24,508 bases of DNA from Armatimonadota bacterium (GCA_037445735.1 JBBIJY010000034.1:1-24508), one strand, 5' to 3'. Shown: positions 7,541-23,576, counted from the stretch's first letter. Made by a program: numbers and translations. Notes: generated by a model not told the origin, from the sequence alone.

Positions 7541-9295
7541 TCAGCTCATCTCGCTGTGCAGGCGCTGGAGCAGCTCTTCGAGGCTCATGGCGCCGAGGTC
7601 GCCCGCCTCGCGACTGCGCACCGCCACCCGATTGCTCTCCACCTCCTTATCGCCCACAATCAGCATATAGGGCACTTTCTGGGTCTGGTGGTAGCGAATT
7701 TTGTAGCCGAGCGTCTCGCGGCGGGCGTCCAGCTCGGCGCGATAGCCCGCCTCGCGCAGGCGTGCATACACCTGACGCGCGTACTCCACATGGCGGTCGG
7801 CAATCGGCAGGATGGCGAGCTGCACCGGCGCCAGCCATAGCGGGAACGCGCCCGCGTAATGCTCGATCAGGAAGCCCATCATCCGCTCGAAGGAGCCAAT
7901 CGGCGCACGATGGATAATCACCGGGCGGTGCGGCTTGCCGTCCTCACCCGTGTACTCCAGATCAAAACGGTGCGCCATCAGAAAATCGAGCTGCACAGTG
8001 GAGATGGTCCACTCGCGTCCCAGGCAGTCGCGCACCTCCACATCGAGCTTGGGTCCGTAGAACGCCGCCTCGCCCTTCACCGTGATGTAGTCCAGCTTCA
8101 GCTCGTCGAGCGCCTCGCGCAGGGCGGCTTCGGCGGTCTCCCACATCTGGTCATCGTCAATATACTTCTCCCTGTTGTCGGGATCGCGCAGGGAGAGCCG
8201 ATACCAGAAGTCGGTCAGGTTCAGACGCCGATAGACGGTCTGGATCAGCTCGATGTTATGCTGCACTTCGGCTTTGATCTGTTCGGGTCGGAGGAACACA
8301 TGGGCGTCGTTGATGGTGAAGCAGCGCACGCGGATCAGCCCCGACAGCTCGCCGCTCTTCTCATAGCGGTAGACGGTGCCCAGCTCGGCCATGCGCAGCG
8401 GCAGGTCGCGATAGGAGCGCGGCTCCGACTTGTAGATGAGGAAGTGGTGGGGGCAGTTCATCGGGCGCAGGATCAGCTCCTCGCCGTCCTCAAACACCAT
8501 CGGCGGGTACATGGAGTCTTTGTAATAAGGATAGTGCCCGCTGATGCGATAGAGGTTGAGGTTGGCAATTTCGGGCGTGCGCACATGCTGGTAGCCCGCT
8601 TTGAGTTCCTCCTGCAGGATGAACTCTTCCAGCACGCGGCGGATGGTGGCGCCTTTGGGCAGCAGCATGGGCAGTCCGGGTCCGACCTCTGGCGAGATGA
8701 GGAACAGCCCCAGCTCGCGCCCCAGCCGGCGATGGTCGCGCTTCTTCGCCTCCTCCAGACGGTGCAGGTAGTCCTCTAACTCCTGCTGGCTGAAGAAGGC
8801 GGTGCCGTAGATGCGGGTGAGCATCTTGTTGCGCTCGTCGCCGCGCCAGTACGCGCCCGCGATGGAGAGCAGCTTGAAGTGCCTGATCTCGCCCGTGTTC
8901 TGCACATGGGGACCGCGGCAGAGGTCAATAAAATCGTCCTGCTTATAGAAGCTGATGGTCTCGCCTTCGGGGATGGCGTCGAGCAGTTCGAGCTTGTAGG
9001 GCACCTGCCCGATTTGCTCGATGATGCGGCGGGCTTCCTCGCGCGAGGTCTCGATGCGCACGATGTCGAGGTTGCGCGCGGCGATCTCGCGCATTTTCGC
9101 CTCGATTTTGGGCAGGTCTTCCTCGCCGATAGGCTCGGGCAGGTCAAAATCGTAGTAGAAGCCGTTCTCGATGGGCGGTCCGATGCCCAGCTTGGCGCCG
9201 GGATAGAGTTCCAGCACCGCCTGCGCCAGCAGGTGTGCCGCCGAGTGCCTCAGCCGATAGAGCGGGCTGTCGGGATAGTCGTACTTCGCGCTCAT
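7541..9295 (-). CDS. thrS: Threonine--tRNA ligase (short form without N-terminal TGS domain)
   Basis: RHSAAHLLAQAV and DLCRGPH editing motifs, AYWRGD, RDHRRLG, RPMNCPHH, GEAAFYGPK, HYAGAFPLWLAP, anticodon-binding C-terminus. Start set at ATG 9295 because SD GGAGG lies at rc 9301-9305. Confidence 0.98.
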   Translation of the reverse strand: MSAKYDYPDSPLYRLRHSAAHLLAQAVLELYPGAKLGIGPPIENGFYYDFDLPEPIGEEDLPKIEAKMREIAARNLDIVRIETSREEARRIIEQIGQVPYKLELLDAIPEGETISFYKQDDFIDLCRGPHVQNTGEIRHFKLLSIAGAYWRGDERNKMLTRIYGTAFFSQQELEDYLHRLEEAKKRDHRRLGRELGLFLISPEVGPGLPMLLPKGATIRRVLEEFILQEELKAGYQHVRTPEIANLNLYRISGHYPYYKDSMYPPMVFEDGEELILRPMNCPHHFLIYKSEPRSYRDLPLRMAELGTVYRYEKSGELSGLIRVRCFTINDAHVFLRPEQIKAEVQHNIELIQTVYRRLNLTDFWYRLSLRDPDNREKYIDDDQMWETAEAALREALDELKLDYITVKGEAAFYGPKLDVEVRDCLGREWTISTVQLDFLMAHRFDLEYTGEDGKPHRPVIIHRAPIGSFERMMGFLIEHYAGAFPLWLAPVQLAILPIADRHVEYARQVYARLREAGYRAELDARRETLGYKIRYHQTQKVPYMLIVGDKEVESNRVAVRSREAGDLGAMSLEELLQRLHSEMS

Positions 9296-9314
9296 CGCCA
9301 CCTCCGTGCAGGCG

Positions 9315-9391
9315 ATTATACCCGCGCAGGGGTTTCAAACGGCATCAGCGGTCACCACCCATCGGCACACCATAGCAGAATGGGGTATAAT
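9315..9391. promoter_or_regulatory. Divergent -10 boxes for thrS (GGG-TATAAT, - strand, 9320-9315) and hicB (GGGG-TATAAT, + strand, 9386-9391)
   Basis: Perfect TATAAT hexamers in GC-rich DNA, each oriented toward its gene. Confidence 0.7.
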
Positions 9392-9401
9392 TCCTCAAGG
9401 A

Positions 9402-9626
9402 ATGGTAACCTTTGTGCGCTATCAGGTGCTGCTCAAGAAAACCGATGAGGGCTATGCCGTCTGGTGTCCGGGCTTGCCGGGTTGCTGGTCACAAGGTGTC
9501 ACAGAGGAGGAAGCCCTGCAGAACATTCGCGACGCCATTCAGGAATATTTAGAGGTCGCCCGTCAGATGCGAGGCGAGAGCGACGAGGTGCGCGAGGTAG
9601 AGAAGTTTAAGGAGCTGCTAAAGTAG
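9402..9626 (+). CDS. hicB: HicB-family antitoxin-like protein (short form, no DNA-binding domain)
   Basis: Y.V.L...DEGYAVWCPGLPGCWSQG.TEEEAL.NI.DAI..YL signature. Start is ATG 9402 or GTG 9414; both lie downstream of the -10 box, unlike the ORF-track start at 9306. Confidence 0.88.
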   Translation: MVTFVRYQVLLKKTDEGYAVWCPGLPGCWSQGVTEEEALQNIRDAIQEYLEVARQMRGESDEVREVEKFKELLK

Positions 9627-9640
9627 CTTTACCGTTGCCT

Positions 9641-12840
<3,200 letters not shown>

Positions 12841-12975
12841 TACCAGCCGGTCAATTCCGTCGTCAATTAAGCGATGGGTGCAAAAAAAAAAAACGGGGCT
12901 GTCAGGCGATTAATAAAGTGGATGTTGCTCGGTAGGAAGGTAGCATCCGAAATCTGAACACTGGAGGTGTATAAG

Positions 12976-13680
12976 ATGTGGAGCATGCGAAAAAATCTGA
13001 TGCAATGGCTGATAGGCAACCCTGCACAGAGGGCTGCTGGAGTTCATCGCTATCGGATGATCGTACCTATCCTCATCAGTTCAGTGGTGTTGTCTGTTTT
13101 AAGCTGTCCCGCCCAGAATGGAGGAACGGACGAAGGATATCCGATAGTGACTTTTACAACTGACACCTGTGAGATTGAAATCACACCATACGAACTTGAT
13201 TTGTTGCTTGATACTCCCTTGGATTTTTACGCAGCCTACGAGTCGCGTATGCGTTGTGAGCCGCCGCCTGTTCAGTACAAATGTCAGGGATGTCGGGACA
13301 AGCCTGCAACATTCTATGAATGCTTCCACACAACCATGGATCCAAGAGTACCCTGTGATAAAGATTTCTGCATCAAGAACGAACTACACCTTAAAAGTTG
13401 CTATGTGAGTAATCATGGGCAGGAAGATTGCAGGGTAGTGGTAGATCCGAACCCACAAACTTCACATGCCTTTCAGTATATAATCAAGGCAGATCAACCG
13501 TGCACCTCACCCGACCAAGATCCCTCCTACTTGTTTAGTGTATGGACTGGTTGTCCCCAGTGTCATGAATGGCAGCAAATAGTAAGATGTAAAGTACCTT
13601 CTTGTCCGGGACGCATAGTAGAGCGATCTCGTAGACCTTTTCGCTACCTGTGCGTGAATCATTCTTGTCCTCGCCCTTAA
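12976..13680 (+). CDS. Cys-rich exported hypothetical protein (17 Cys, one CXXCH)
   Basis: SD GGAGG 12963-12967 before ATG 12976 (a later start is possible); hydrophobic stretch ending VLSC; CQGC and CPQCH motifs. Confidence 0.75.
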   Translation: MWSMRKNLMQWLIGNPAQRAAGVHRYRMIVPILISSVVLSVLSCPAQNGGTDEGYPIVTFTTDTCEIEITPYELDLLLDTPLDFYAAYESRMRCEPPPVQYKCQGCRDKPATFYECFHTTMDPRVPCDKDFCIKNELHLKSCYVSNHGQEDCRVVVDPNPQTSHAFQYIIKADQPCTSPDQDPSYLFSVWTGCPQCHEWQQIVRCKVPSCPGRIVERSRRPFRYLCVNHSCPRP

Positions 13681-13722
13681 CCAGCGCGAACACTTGAGAT
13701 CAGTTGAGGAGGTGTAATAACA

Positions 13723-14682
13723 ATGCATACGCTTGAACGAGTTGGTGCGGCGGCACTGGGAATTGGATGGCTGAGCCTGCTGTTTATCCAAGGCTCTGGC
13801 TACAGTCCTGAGCAGGTGCTTCAGGCGTTGCAGGAAAACGACCAAATCTTCTGGCAAAACTATAGCCTGACTCTATCAGTGGAATCCCCCGATTTGTGGC
13901 AACAGACTGTCAGCTACCGTTTGCGGGCGACCTCCAACCAAAGAGCAACGGTTGTCATTCGCGATCAGGTCTACTATCATGGCAATCCCACCTACTCTAC
14001 ATTGGTGGAGTGGGGTAAGCAGTTCTCCAGGCCCAATCCGTTTGATACCCTTCTTGGCGAGCCGTATATTCGGTGGACGCAGACATGGTATCTTCAGGAG
14101 GGTAAACTCTACGCGGAGGCGGAAAGACCAGAAACTGTATTTATTTCGCCCGAAAATACTGTGAAATCAGTTAGTCCTTGGCCATATCTATCTTTGTTCA
14201 TCCGTCGGTCGAGCAACTGCCCTTCGTATAACTGGCTAAAATATGGAGAAAACGCTTTGGGGCGTGGTTTCAGTCCATACTTGGGCAGTGCACTATCCGT
14301 GAGAGAACTTCCTGATGGTCGACTGGAGTTCTGGGCGACTGACAAAACGGTTGCTGGCAATCGGTGGAGGCTGATAATTGACCCCTCACTCAGGTTTTTA
14401 GTCGTGCAGGCTGAACTGCTCAAATCAGACGGAACTATCCGAGAACGATGGCAATCCGAGGGAGTAGTTGAGGCGACTATCCCGATTGCGAGACGCGGTA
14501 CAATGTACTGGTATAACAACAATACGCCGCCTGAGATAAGTCGTTTTGAGTGCGTGAGTTATGAACCTTGCTTCCGAGCGGATTGGTATGAAGAGGTCAG
14601 GCAGTTGATACGCCGCCCACCTGCTGGCACCGAGGTTATAGACTATCGTGTGGAACCCTTCACAACCTTTACTATAAAGTGA
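13723..14682 (+). CDS. Exported hypothetical protein, beta-rich
   Basis: SD GGAGG 13708-13712; N-terminal hydrophobic segment; 319-aa ORF in AT-richer DNA. Confidence 0.8.
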   Translation: MHTLERVGAAALGIGWLSLLFIQGSGYSPEQVLQALQENDQIFWQNYSLTLSVESPDLWQQTVSYRLRATSNQRATVVIRDQVYYHGNPTYSTLVEWGKQFSRPNPFDTLLGEPYIRWTQTWYLQEGKLYAEAERPETVFISPENTVKSVSPWPYLSLFIRRSSNCPSYNWLKYGENALGRGFSPYLGSALSVRELPDGRLEFWATDKTVAGNRWRLIIDPSLRFLVVQAELLKSDGTIRERWQSEGVVEATIPIARRGTMYWYNNNTPPEISRFECVSYEPCFRADWYEEVRQLIRRPPAGTEVIDYRVEPFTTFTIK

Positions 14683-14737
14683 AGGGCTGCAGGGAATGGT
14701 TTTCGTCAGGTAGAATCCTCAGCGTGGAGGGGAAAGG

Positions 14738-15241
14738 ATGTCCGAAGAGGAGCGTGGCAGGTGGCTGAAAAGGCTGAAAGCGATAGGTATCAGCGATGAT
14801 GATGCTGAAGACATTTTGCAGGACGCCCTCGTGAAGGCGTTTGACTATCTGCGTCGCCAGCACCCTGATGCTGACTCAGAAGCCATTGAAAGACTATTGA
14901 CAGATGCCTTTCTGAAACAGGTTATCAAATGCCGCGTGATTGATTTTTCCCAAGCGAAAAACAGGGAGCTAAAGTTCCTTCACGAATATATCGCTAACTG
15001 CCAGCTGCAGTCGCCCGACGAGGACGACTGGTGGACGCTCCAGGCTGCGTATGAGGTACTGAACTGTCTGCCTGAATGCTGGCAAAAGGTTGTCCAGTGG
15101 CGGGCGCAGGGCTACAGCTGGCAGGAGATAGCCACTCTGACGGGCAAACCGATAGGAACTTTAGCAGCTGGTCTGGAGCGCGCTATCGATGTGGCTTGTG
15201 AAAATTTAAGCTACTCTCGAAAAAAAAATAGCAGTCCTTGA
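14738..15241 (+). CDS. ECF-type sigma-70 factor
   Basis: Region 2 DAEDILQDAL.K and VIDF; region 4 L..LP....V.......GYSWQEIA..TG.PIGT; 167 aa; GG-TAGAAT at 14711-14716 upstream. Confidence 0.8.
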   Translation: MSEEERGRWLKRLKAIGISDDDAEDILQDALVKAFDYLRRQHPDADSEAIERLLTDAFLKQVIKCRVIDFSQAKNRELKFLHEYIANCQLQSPDEDDWWTLQAAYEVLNCLPECWQKVVQWRAQGYSWQEIATLTGKPIGTLAAGLERAIDVACENLSYSRKKNSSP

Positions 15242-15259
15242 TATTCATATACTTCTGAC

Positions 15260-19263
<4,004 letters not shown>

Positions 19264-19278
19264 CGGGGGTGAGCCGAG

Positions 19279-20091
19279 TTGAGCCGACGCTATCTGTGGA
19301 CGCTGTGCCTGCTGGCAGGTGCAGGGCTGACGCTGGGCATCTATCACAATCACCGCATGCATCGCGGTCAGCCCGACCCCATCACGGCAGTCATGCGGGC
19401 GACCGTCATCCCCGCCCAAACAGGGCTGCAAAACCTCACGGACAGCATCAGCGCCCAGCTGCAGACGCTCACGCAGGCGCGACGCGCAATTCGCCAGCAC
19501 GACCAGCTCAAAGCGGAGAACGCCCGCCTGCGCCTGCAACTGAGCCAGCTGGAGCAGCTCCAGCACGAGTATGCCACGATGCAACGCCTGCTGCAGATCC
19601 GCGCCACCCTCACAGGCAACTGGGTCGGCGCGCGCGTGATCGCGAACTACCCGCAGGCAGGTCAGCAGACGCTGATTATCGATAAAGGCACGCGCGACGG
19701 GATTCAGCCAGGCGCGCCAGTGCTGGTCGGGGACGGGCTGGTCGGTGTGGTGGTGCAGGCAGATTCGGCACATGCCATCGTGCGATTCATCACCGCGCCC
19801 CGAATCGCGGTCAGCGTCAAAGTGCTGAACGCCCAGAAAATAGCCACGGGCATCAGCGAGGGGCACGGCGAATCGACGCTCCTGCTCAACTTCCTGCCGC
19901 CAGAAGCGACCATTCAGCCCGGCGATAAGGTCGTCACCGCAGGGCTGGGCGGCAAATACCCGCCCAACATCCCTGTCGGCACCATCGAGCGCGTCTGGAT
20001 CGACCGCCAGTATTCCGTCAAAAAAGCGACCGTGATTCCAGCCGTCGATTTCGGCTCCCTTGACATCGTGCTGGTTCAGCAGCGGAGATAG
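19279..20091 (+). CDS. mreC: Rod shape-determining protein MreC
   Basis: N-terminal TM, coiled coil LKAENARLR, IDKG..DG....PV....GLVG.V, GD.VVT.GLGG.YP..IPVG; follows mreB. Confidence 0.95.
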   Translation: MSRRYLWTLCLLAGAGLTLGIYHNHRMHRGQPDPITAVMRATVIPAQTGLQNLTDSISAQLQTLTQARRAIRQHDQLKAENARLRLQLSQLEQLQHEYATMQRLLQIRATLTGNWVGARVIANYPQAGQQTLIIDKGTRDGIQPGAPVLVGDGLVGVVVQADSAHAIVRFITAPRIAVSVKVLNAQKIATGISEGHGESTLLLNFLPPEATIQPGDKVVTAGLGGKYPPNIPVGTIERVWIDRQYSVKKATVIPAVDFGSLDIVLVQQRR

Positions 20092-20101
20092 GAAGCCAGC
20101 C

Positions 20102-20140
20102 AACCCCCCTGAAGGGTCAGAGGGTAGGGTTGAGGGGGTT
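20102..20140. repeat. REP-family variant hairpin between convergent genes (possible bidirectional terminator)
   Basis: The reverse complement contains ccccctcaaccctaccctct, 18/20 identical to 149-168; arms aacccccct / agggggtt. Confidence 0.7.
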
Positions 20141-20159
20141 CTGCATATCGGCTGCGCGG

Positions 20160-21896
20160 TTAGCGTGTGCCGAGCCACTGCACCGTTGCGTCGGTGAGGG
20201 CGCGACTGCCGTCCGGGCGCGTGGTCAGCACGCCCAGCACCGCCACGCTGTCGCCCTCCAGCCACGGCAACAGCAGCTCCCGCACCGACACTTCAACGGT
20301 GCGCTCGCTCAGCCAGTCGCCAATCAGCAGGGGCTGATCGGCACGCTCCGTGCCTCTCACCACACGCTCTGGCATCAGCAGCACGCGCGTGCCGTCGGGC
20401 AACTCGCTCAGGCTCTCCAGCCGACGCAGGCGCAAAGCGTCCGATTCGCCCAGCACCCAGTGCAACGCGGTGGTCAGCCCCGATGTGATAATCACCGTCG
20501 GGGTTTGAACAGCGGGCAGTCCCTCCGCACGCACAATCACACTGTAGACGCCTGGCTCCAGACCAACGGCGGCATAGAAGCCCGTGCCGTCGGTCTGCAC
20601 CTGTCGGACGCGCGTGCCGTGCCGATAAATCTCCACCGTTGCGCCATCCACCCAGCTCAGGTCGCGCGCGTTCAGGATGGTGCCCATCAGGTGCCCGCGT
20701 GTGGGGTTGCGCTTCCACTCCATCGGGGGCGTCGGCACCCATTCGGGGAAGGCACGCTCGCGCAGCATGGCGTAAAAGCCCTCCTCATAGCGGCGGGCGC
20801 CCCCCTCCGTGCCGTTGCCGCTCGTCGCCGCATAGGAGAAGAAGTTGACCCCCACGAGCCGATTGCCCTTCGGCGAGGGCGCCCGCGCAATCTCGATCTG
20901 GCGCACCGTGTCGTCCCACGAGTTCAGATAGTTGCCGATGCCCGCCACCCCGTGCCGACCGTACTGGTGGTCCTTGAGGAAATTCACCCAGTTCAGGTAG
21001 AAGCGGGCGCGTTCAGGGTTCGCCTGATGATAATAGATCATCGGGATTGCCCTGTCAAGGATGCCCTCTTCGAGCCAGCCGCGCCAGTCCTGAAACACGC
21101 GGCTGTAGGCGCTGCGGTTCACCCAGTCGGCGGTGTTGCGCGGACCGTCGCCCCAGGTGATGAGCGCAGCGCTGATGGCAATCTGCGGCTTGATTGCCAT
21201 GGCGTTCGCGTATACCTTGCGCACGATGGCGGTGACCTGATCGCGGCGCCACTGCTTCCAGAGTGGGTCGGTCGGTTCCGGCTTGCCCGTGCGCCCATAG
21301 CGACGGTTGAACCGCGCCACGCTCACAGGGTTATAGCCCCACTGCTCGCCCGTGTAGCGGATGTAGTCAAAGTGGAGCCCGTCGATGTCGTAGCGGCGGA
21401 TGATGTCCAGCGCGACGCGCGTGAAGAAGGCGTTGGCGAGCGGATGCCCCCAGTCCATGCCGTAGCCGACCTCGGTGACGCGCTCACCCTGAACATTTTC
21501 CGTCTGAATCTCGGGGAAGCGGTTCAGAATGTGCTTCGGGTCAGTGGGCCAGCCGCTGCCGGGCCAGATGGGATGGCAGTTGACCCATACATGCACTTCA
21601 ATCGGGGGCTGCATCTGGTGCGCTTTCTCGATCAGGTACGCCAGCGCGTCAAAGCCGGGCTGCTGGTTCGTGGCGAACGGCTCGAAGGGCGAGAAGTAGT
21701 GGGCGTCGCCGCGCTTGCGCATCTGCACAATAATCGCGTTCATGTTCGCCGCGCGCACGCGCCGCAGCAGCGCGTCCGCCTCTTCGGGCGTGTGGAAGCC
21801 CTCGTTGAAGCCATCCACCCAGAAGCCTCGAAACTCCGCCTGCGAATATGCAACCGCCATCATCCCTGTCAGCAGCAACCACCATCCCTGTCGCAT
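20160..21896 (-). CDS. Exported GHL10 (DUF187; YddW/DigH-like) glycoside hydrolase with carboxypeptidase-regulatory-like domain
   Basis: EFRGFWV, MNAIIVQ...GDA.Y.S, EVHVW, DIDGLHFDYIRY, WRRDQVT, QDW..W, PMIY; then G.I.......GATV....TDGTGFY....L.PG.Y. Start set at ATG 21896 (MRQGWW), 7 nt after GG-TAAAAT. Confidence 0.88.
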   Translation of the reverse strand: MRQGWWLLLTGMMAVAYSQAEFRGFWVDGFNEGFHTPEEADALLRRVRAANMNAIIVQMRKRGDAHYFSPFEPFATNQQPGFDALAYLIEKAHQMQPPIEVHVWVNCHPIWPGSGWPTDPKHILNRFPEIQTENVQGERVTEVGYGMDWGHPLANAFFTRVALDIIRRYDIDGLHFDYIRYTGEQWGYNPVSVARFNRRYGRTGKPEPTDPLWKQWRRDQVTAIVRKVYANAMAIKPQIAISAALITWGDGPRNTADWVNRSAYSRVFQDWRGWLEEGILDRAIPMIYYHQANPERARFYLNWVNFLKDHQYGRHGVAGIGNYLNSWDDTVRQIEIARAPSPKGNRLVGVNFFSYAATSGNGTEGGARRYEEGFYAMLRERAFPEWVPTPPMEWKRNPTRGHLMGTILNARDLSWVDGATVEIYRHGTRVRQVQTDGTGFYAAVGLEPGVYSVIVRAEGLPAVQTPTVIITSGLTTALHWVLGESDALRLRRLESLSELPDGTRVLLMPERVVRGTERADQPLLIGDWLSERTVEVSVRELLLPWLEGDSVAVLGVLTTRPDGSRALTDATVQWLGTR

Positions 21897-21917
21897 AGGG
21901 TGCATTTTACCTGCGGG

Positions 21918-22432
21918 CTAACTGCTGAACCGCTCCCTGATGGCAGGGCGCGTCAGCACTACCAGCACCGCCACCGGATAGATAAGAGCGAGAGCAGTGC
22001 TGACAGTGCCCATCACACCGCCCAGCGCCATTGCGACCCCTGCTTCAGGAACATTACCAAGCACGCGCTGCTGGATAGGGAGCATCACAGTATAGGTGAG
22101 AACGAGCAATACCAGCGTCCACAGAATGCTTATTACGCTGTAGACCAGCATGAGGTTATAGCCGAGTGGCGCCATGCGCAGCAGCAGAATCGCGCCGACC
22201 AGCAGCACAATTGCCAGCAAGATACCCACGACTAACTGCAGCGTAACTAAGCGCATATAGGTGGGGTCTTGAAGCAGTTTCGTCTGGGGAACCTGTTGAT
22301 CCGGGGGGTCATCTGGGCAAATGTGCCAGCGAACGGGGTAGCCGCCAGCCCGCACAGTCCGCCACACAGCCCCAGCACCGCCAGCACGATGCCGATAATG
22401 CCAATTATCGTCACTGCCGTTGGTCGTGTCAT
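21918..22432 (-). pseudogene. Four-TM membrane protein gene interrupted by a single-base frameshift (or sequencing error)
   Basis: SD GGAGG and ATG 22432 give MTRPTAVTIIGIIGIVLAVLGLCG..; the coding-like sequence continues in another frame (PDQQVPQ...LTRPAIRERFSS). The frames join at the G6 run 22303-22308. Confidence 0.75.
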
Positions 22433-22493
22433 CGTACACCTCCCTGTAAGGGGTTAATTCGCTGCGGATGGGGTAGACTCCTGCTTAAGGGGA

Positions 22494-23576
22494 GTGGTGG
22501 CGGTGCGAGCGGGCGACTGGATGGGTTATGCGGTCGACGAGGTGGGTTGCACGGTGTGTGGGGCGGGATGCGACCCTGTGTCCATTCGCTGCCCTCACTG
22601 CGGCAGCGACCCGTTGCGGGGCATGGGCGTGCTGATTGGTCCGCTCGCGCCGCATCAGCTCATGCGGGCAATCGGTTTTCGGCTGTTGGTGGTGCTGGTG
22701 CTGGGGGGCTATGTGCTGGTTCGCGAGGCGCAGCACTTCGCCGGGCAGGAGGCGCTGTGGAACGCGCTGGGATGGATCGCGCTGATCGTTCTCGTGCTGG
22801 CGCTGTGGAGTTTCGGGCGGAACCTGTGGCAGCTGTGGCTGCTGACCCGGCTGCGCCTGGTGCTGACCGATTCGGGGATTCTGCTCTTTTATCGGCGGGG
22901 CGGGCGGGTCTATCTGGATCGGATGGACTGGGGCGAGCTGGAACCGCCGGTACCCTCGCGCTCGCACTGGCTGCTGAGTCTCCTGCGGGCGATAGGACAT
23001 CTGCTGGCGATTGGCGGGCTGCACTGGCTGGCGCTGATCCTGCCCGGGCCTGCCCGAGAGGTTTGTTTGCGCAGCCTGTTCAACCCCGCTCGCCGCTGGA
23101 TTATCCCTGTGAGCACGCTCATCATCACGCCGACGGAGCTGCTGACCTGGCTGGCGGTTTACGCCGCGCCGCGCTGGTTGAGCAACGGTCAAATCGCCAT
23201 CGAGCCGGGCTACGAGCCGACGCCGGAACGCCCGTTCCTTGCGCTCGATATCGATCGGCGCCTGCTGCGTGCCTACGCCTTTCGGGATGTGTTGCTGGAT
23301 GAGGTTCCGATGGACGCCGATTCGGTGCTGAATGGCATGTTGCCGCCGCACTGGTTGCGTCCCGAATCGACCAATCCCGACGGCACGCGTGTGGAAGCCG
23401 ACTTCACGCTGGAGCCAGCGCCGCCCCTGCGCAGGAACGGCTCGCTGCGGCTGCCCGTCTTCGCCCTGCCGTATGGAAAGGGATACTGGCTGCGCGCCGA
23501 CTGGAACCTCATCGCGCGCATCGAGGCGCGTCGCCGCGCCAGCGAAATTGCCAGTTCGCGCACCGCCACCACCTGA
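22494..23576 (+). CDS. Membrane protein with N-terminal zinc ribbon
   Basis: CTVC...CPHCG followed by two or three TM segments; GG-TAGACT at 22474-22479. Start uncertain (GTG 22494/22497 or ATG 22521). Confidence 0.78.
   Translation: MVAVRAGDWMGYAVDEVGCTVCGAGCDPVSIRCPHCGSDPLRGMGVLIGPLAPHQLMRAIGFRLLVVLVLGGYVLVREAQHFAGQEALWNALGWIALIVLVLALWSFGRNLWQLWLLTRLRLVLTDSGILLFYRRGGRVYLDRMDWGELEPPVPSRSHWLLSLLRAIGHLLAIGGLHWLALILPGPAREVCLRSLFNPARRWIIPVSTLIITPTELLTWLAVYAAPRWLSNGQIAIEPGYEPTPERPFLALDIDRRLLRAYAFRDVLLDEVPMDADSVLNGMLPPHWLRPESTNPDGTRVEADFTLEPAPPLRRNGSLRLPVFALPYGKGYWLRADWNLIARIEARRRASEIASSRTATT

Larger units (their letters stand above)
12841..15255. other. AT-richer three-gene islet (probable horizontal acquisition)
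   Basis: Abrupt visible change to many A/T-ending codons between the M1 peptidase stop and the addB-like start; A12 and A9 tracts near the ends; no mobility gene seen. Confidence 0.7.

Noticed and set aside
9306-9401. N-terminal extension of HicB in the ORF track
   Set aside because: It spans the divergent promoter region; family similarity starts at about 9414.
12956-13698. GAACACT(G/T)GAG before both islet genes (12956, 13688) as an ECF -35 element
   Set aside because: There is no consistently spaced shared -10, and the first copy overlaps the SD; two instances are too few.
12841-15255. Islet as an autonomous mobile element
   Set aside because: No integrase, transposase, tRNA target or flanking direct repeats were found by eye.
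20130-22235. 701-aa + strand ORF, and similar long ORFs at 9635-10975, 18754-20265, 7859-8779 and 2642-3574
   Set aside because: They are antisense shadows of well-supported genes in GC-rich DNA, with no recognisable motifs.
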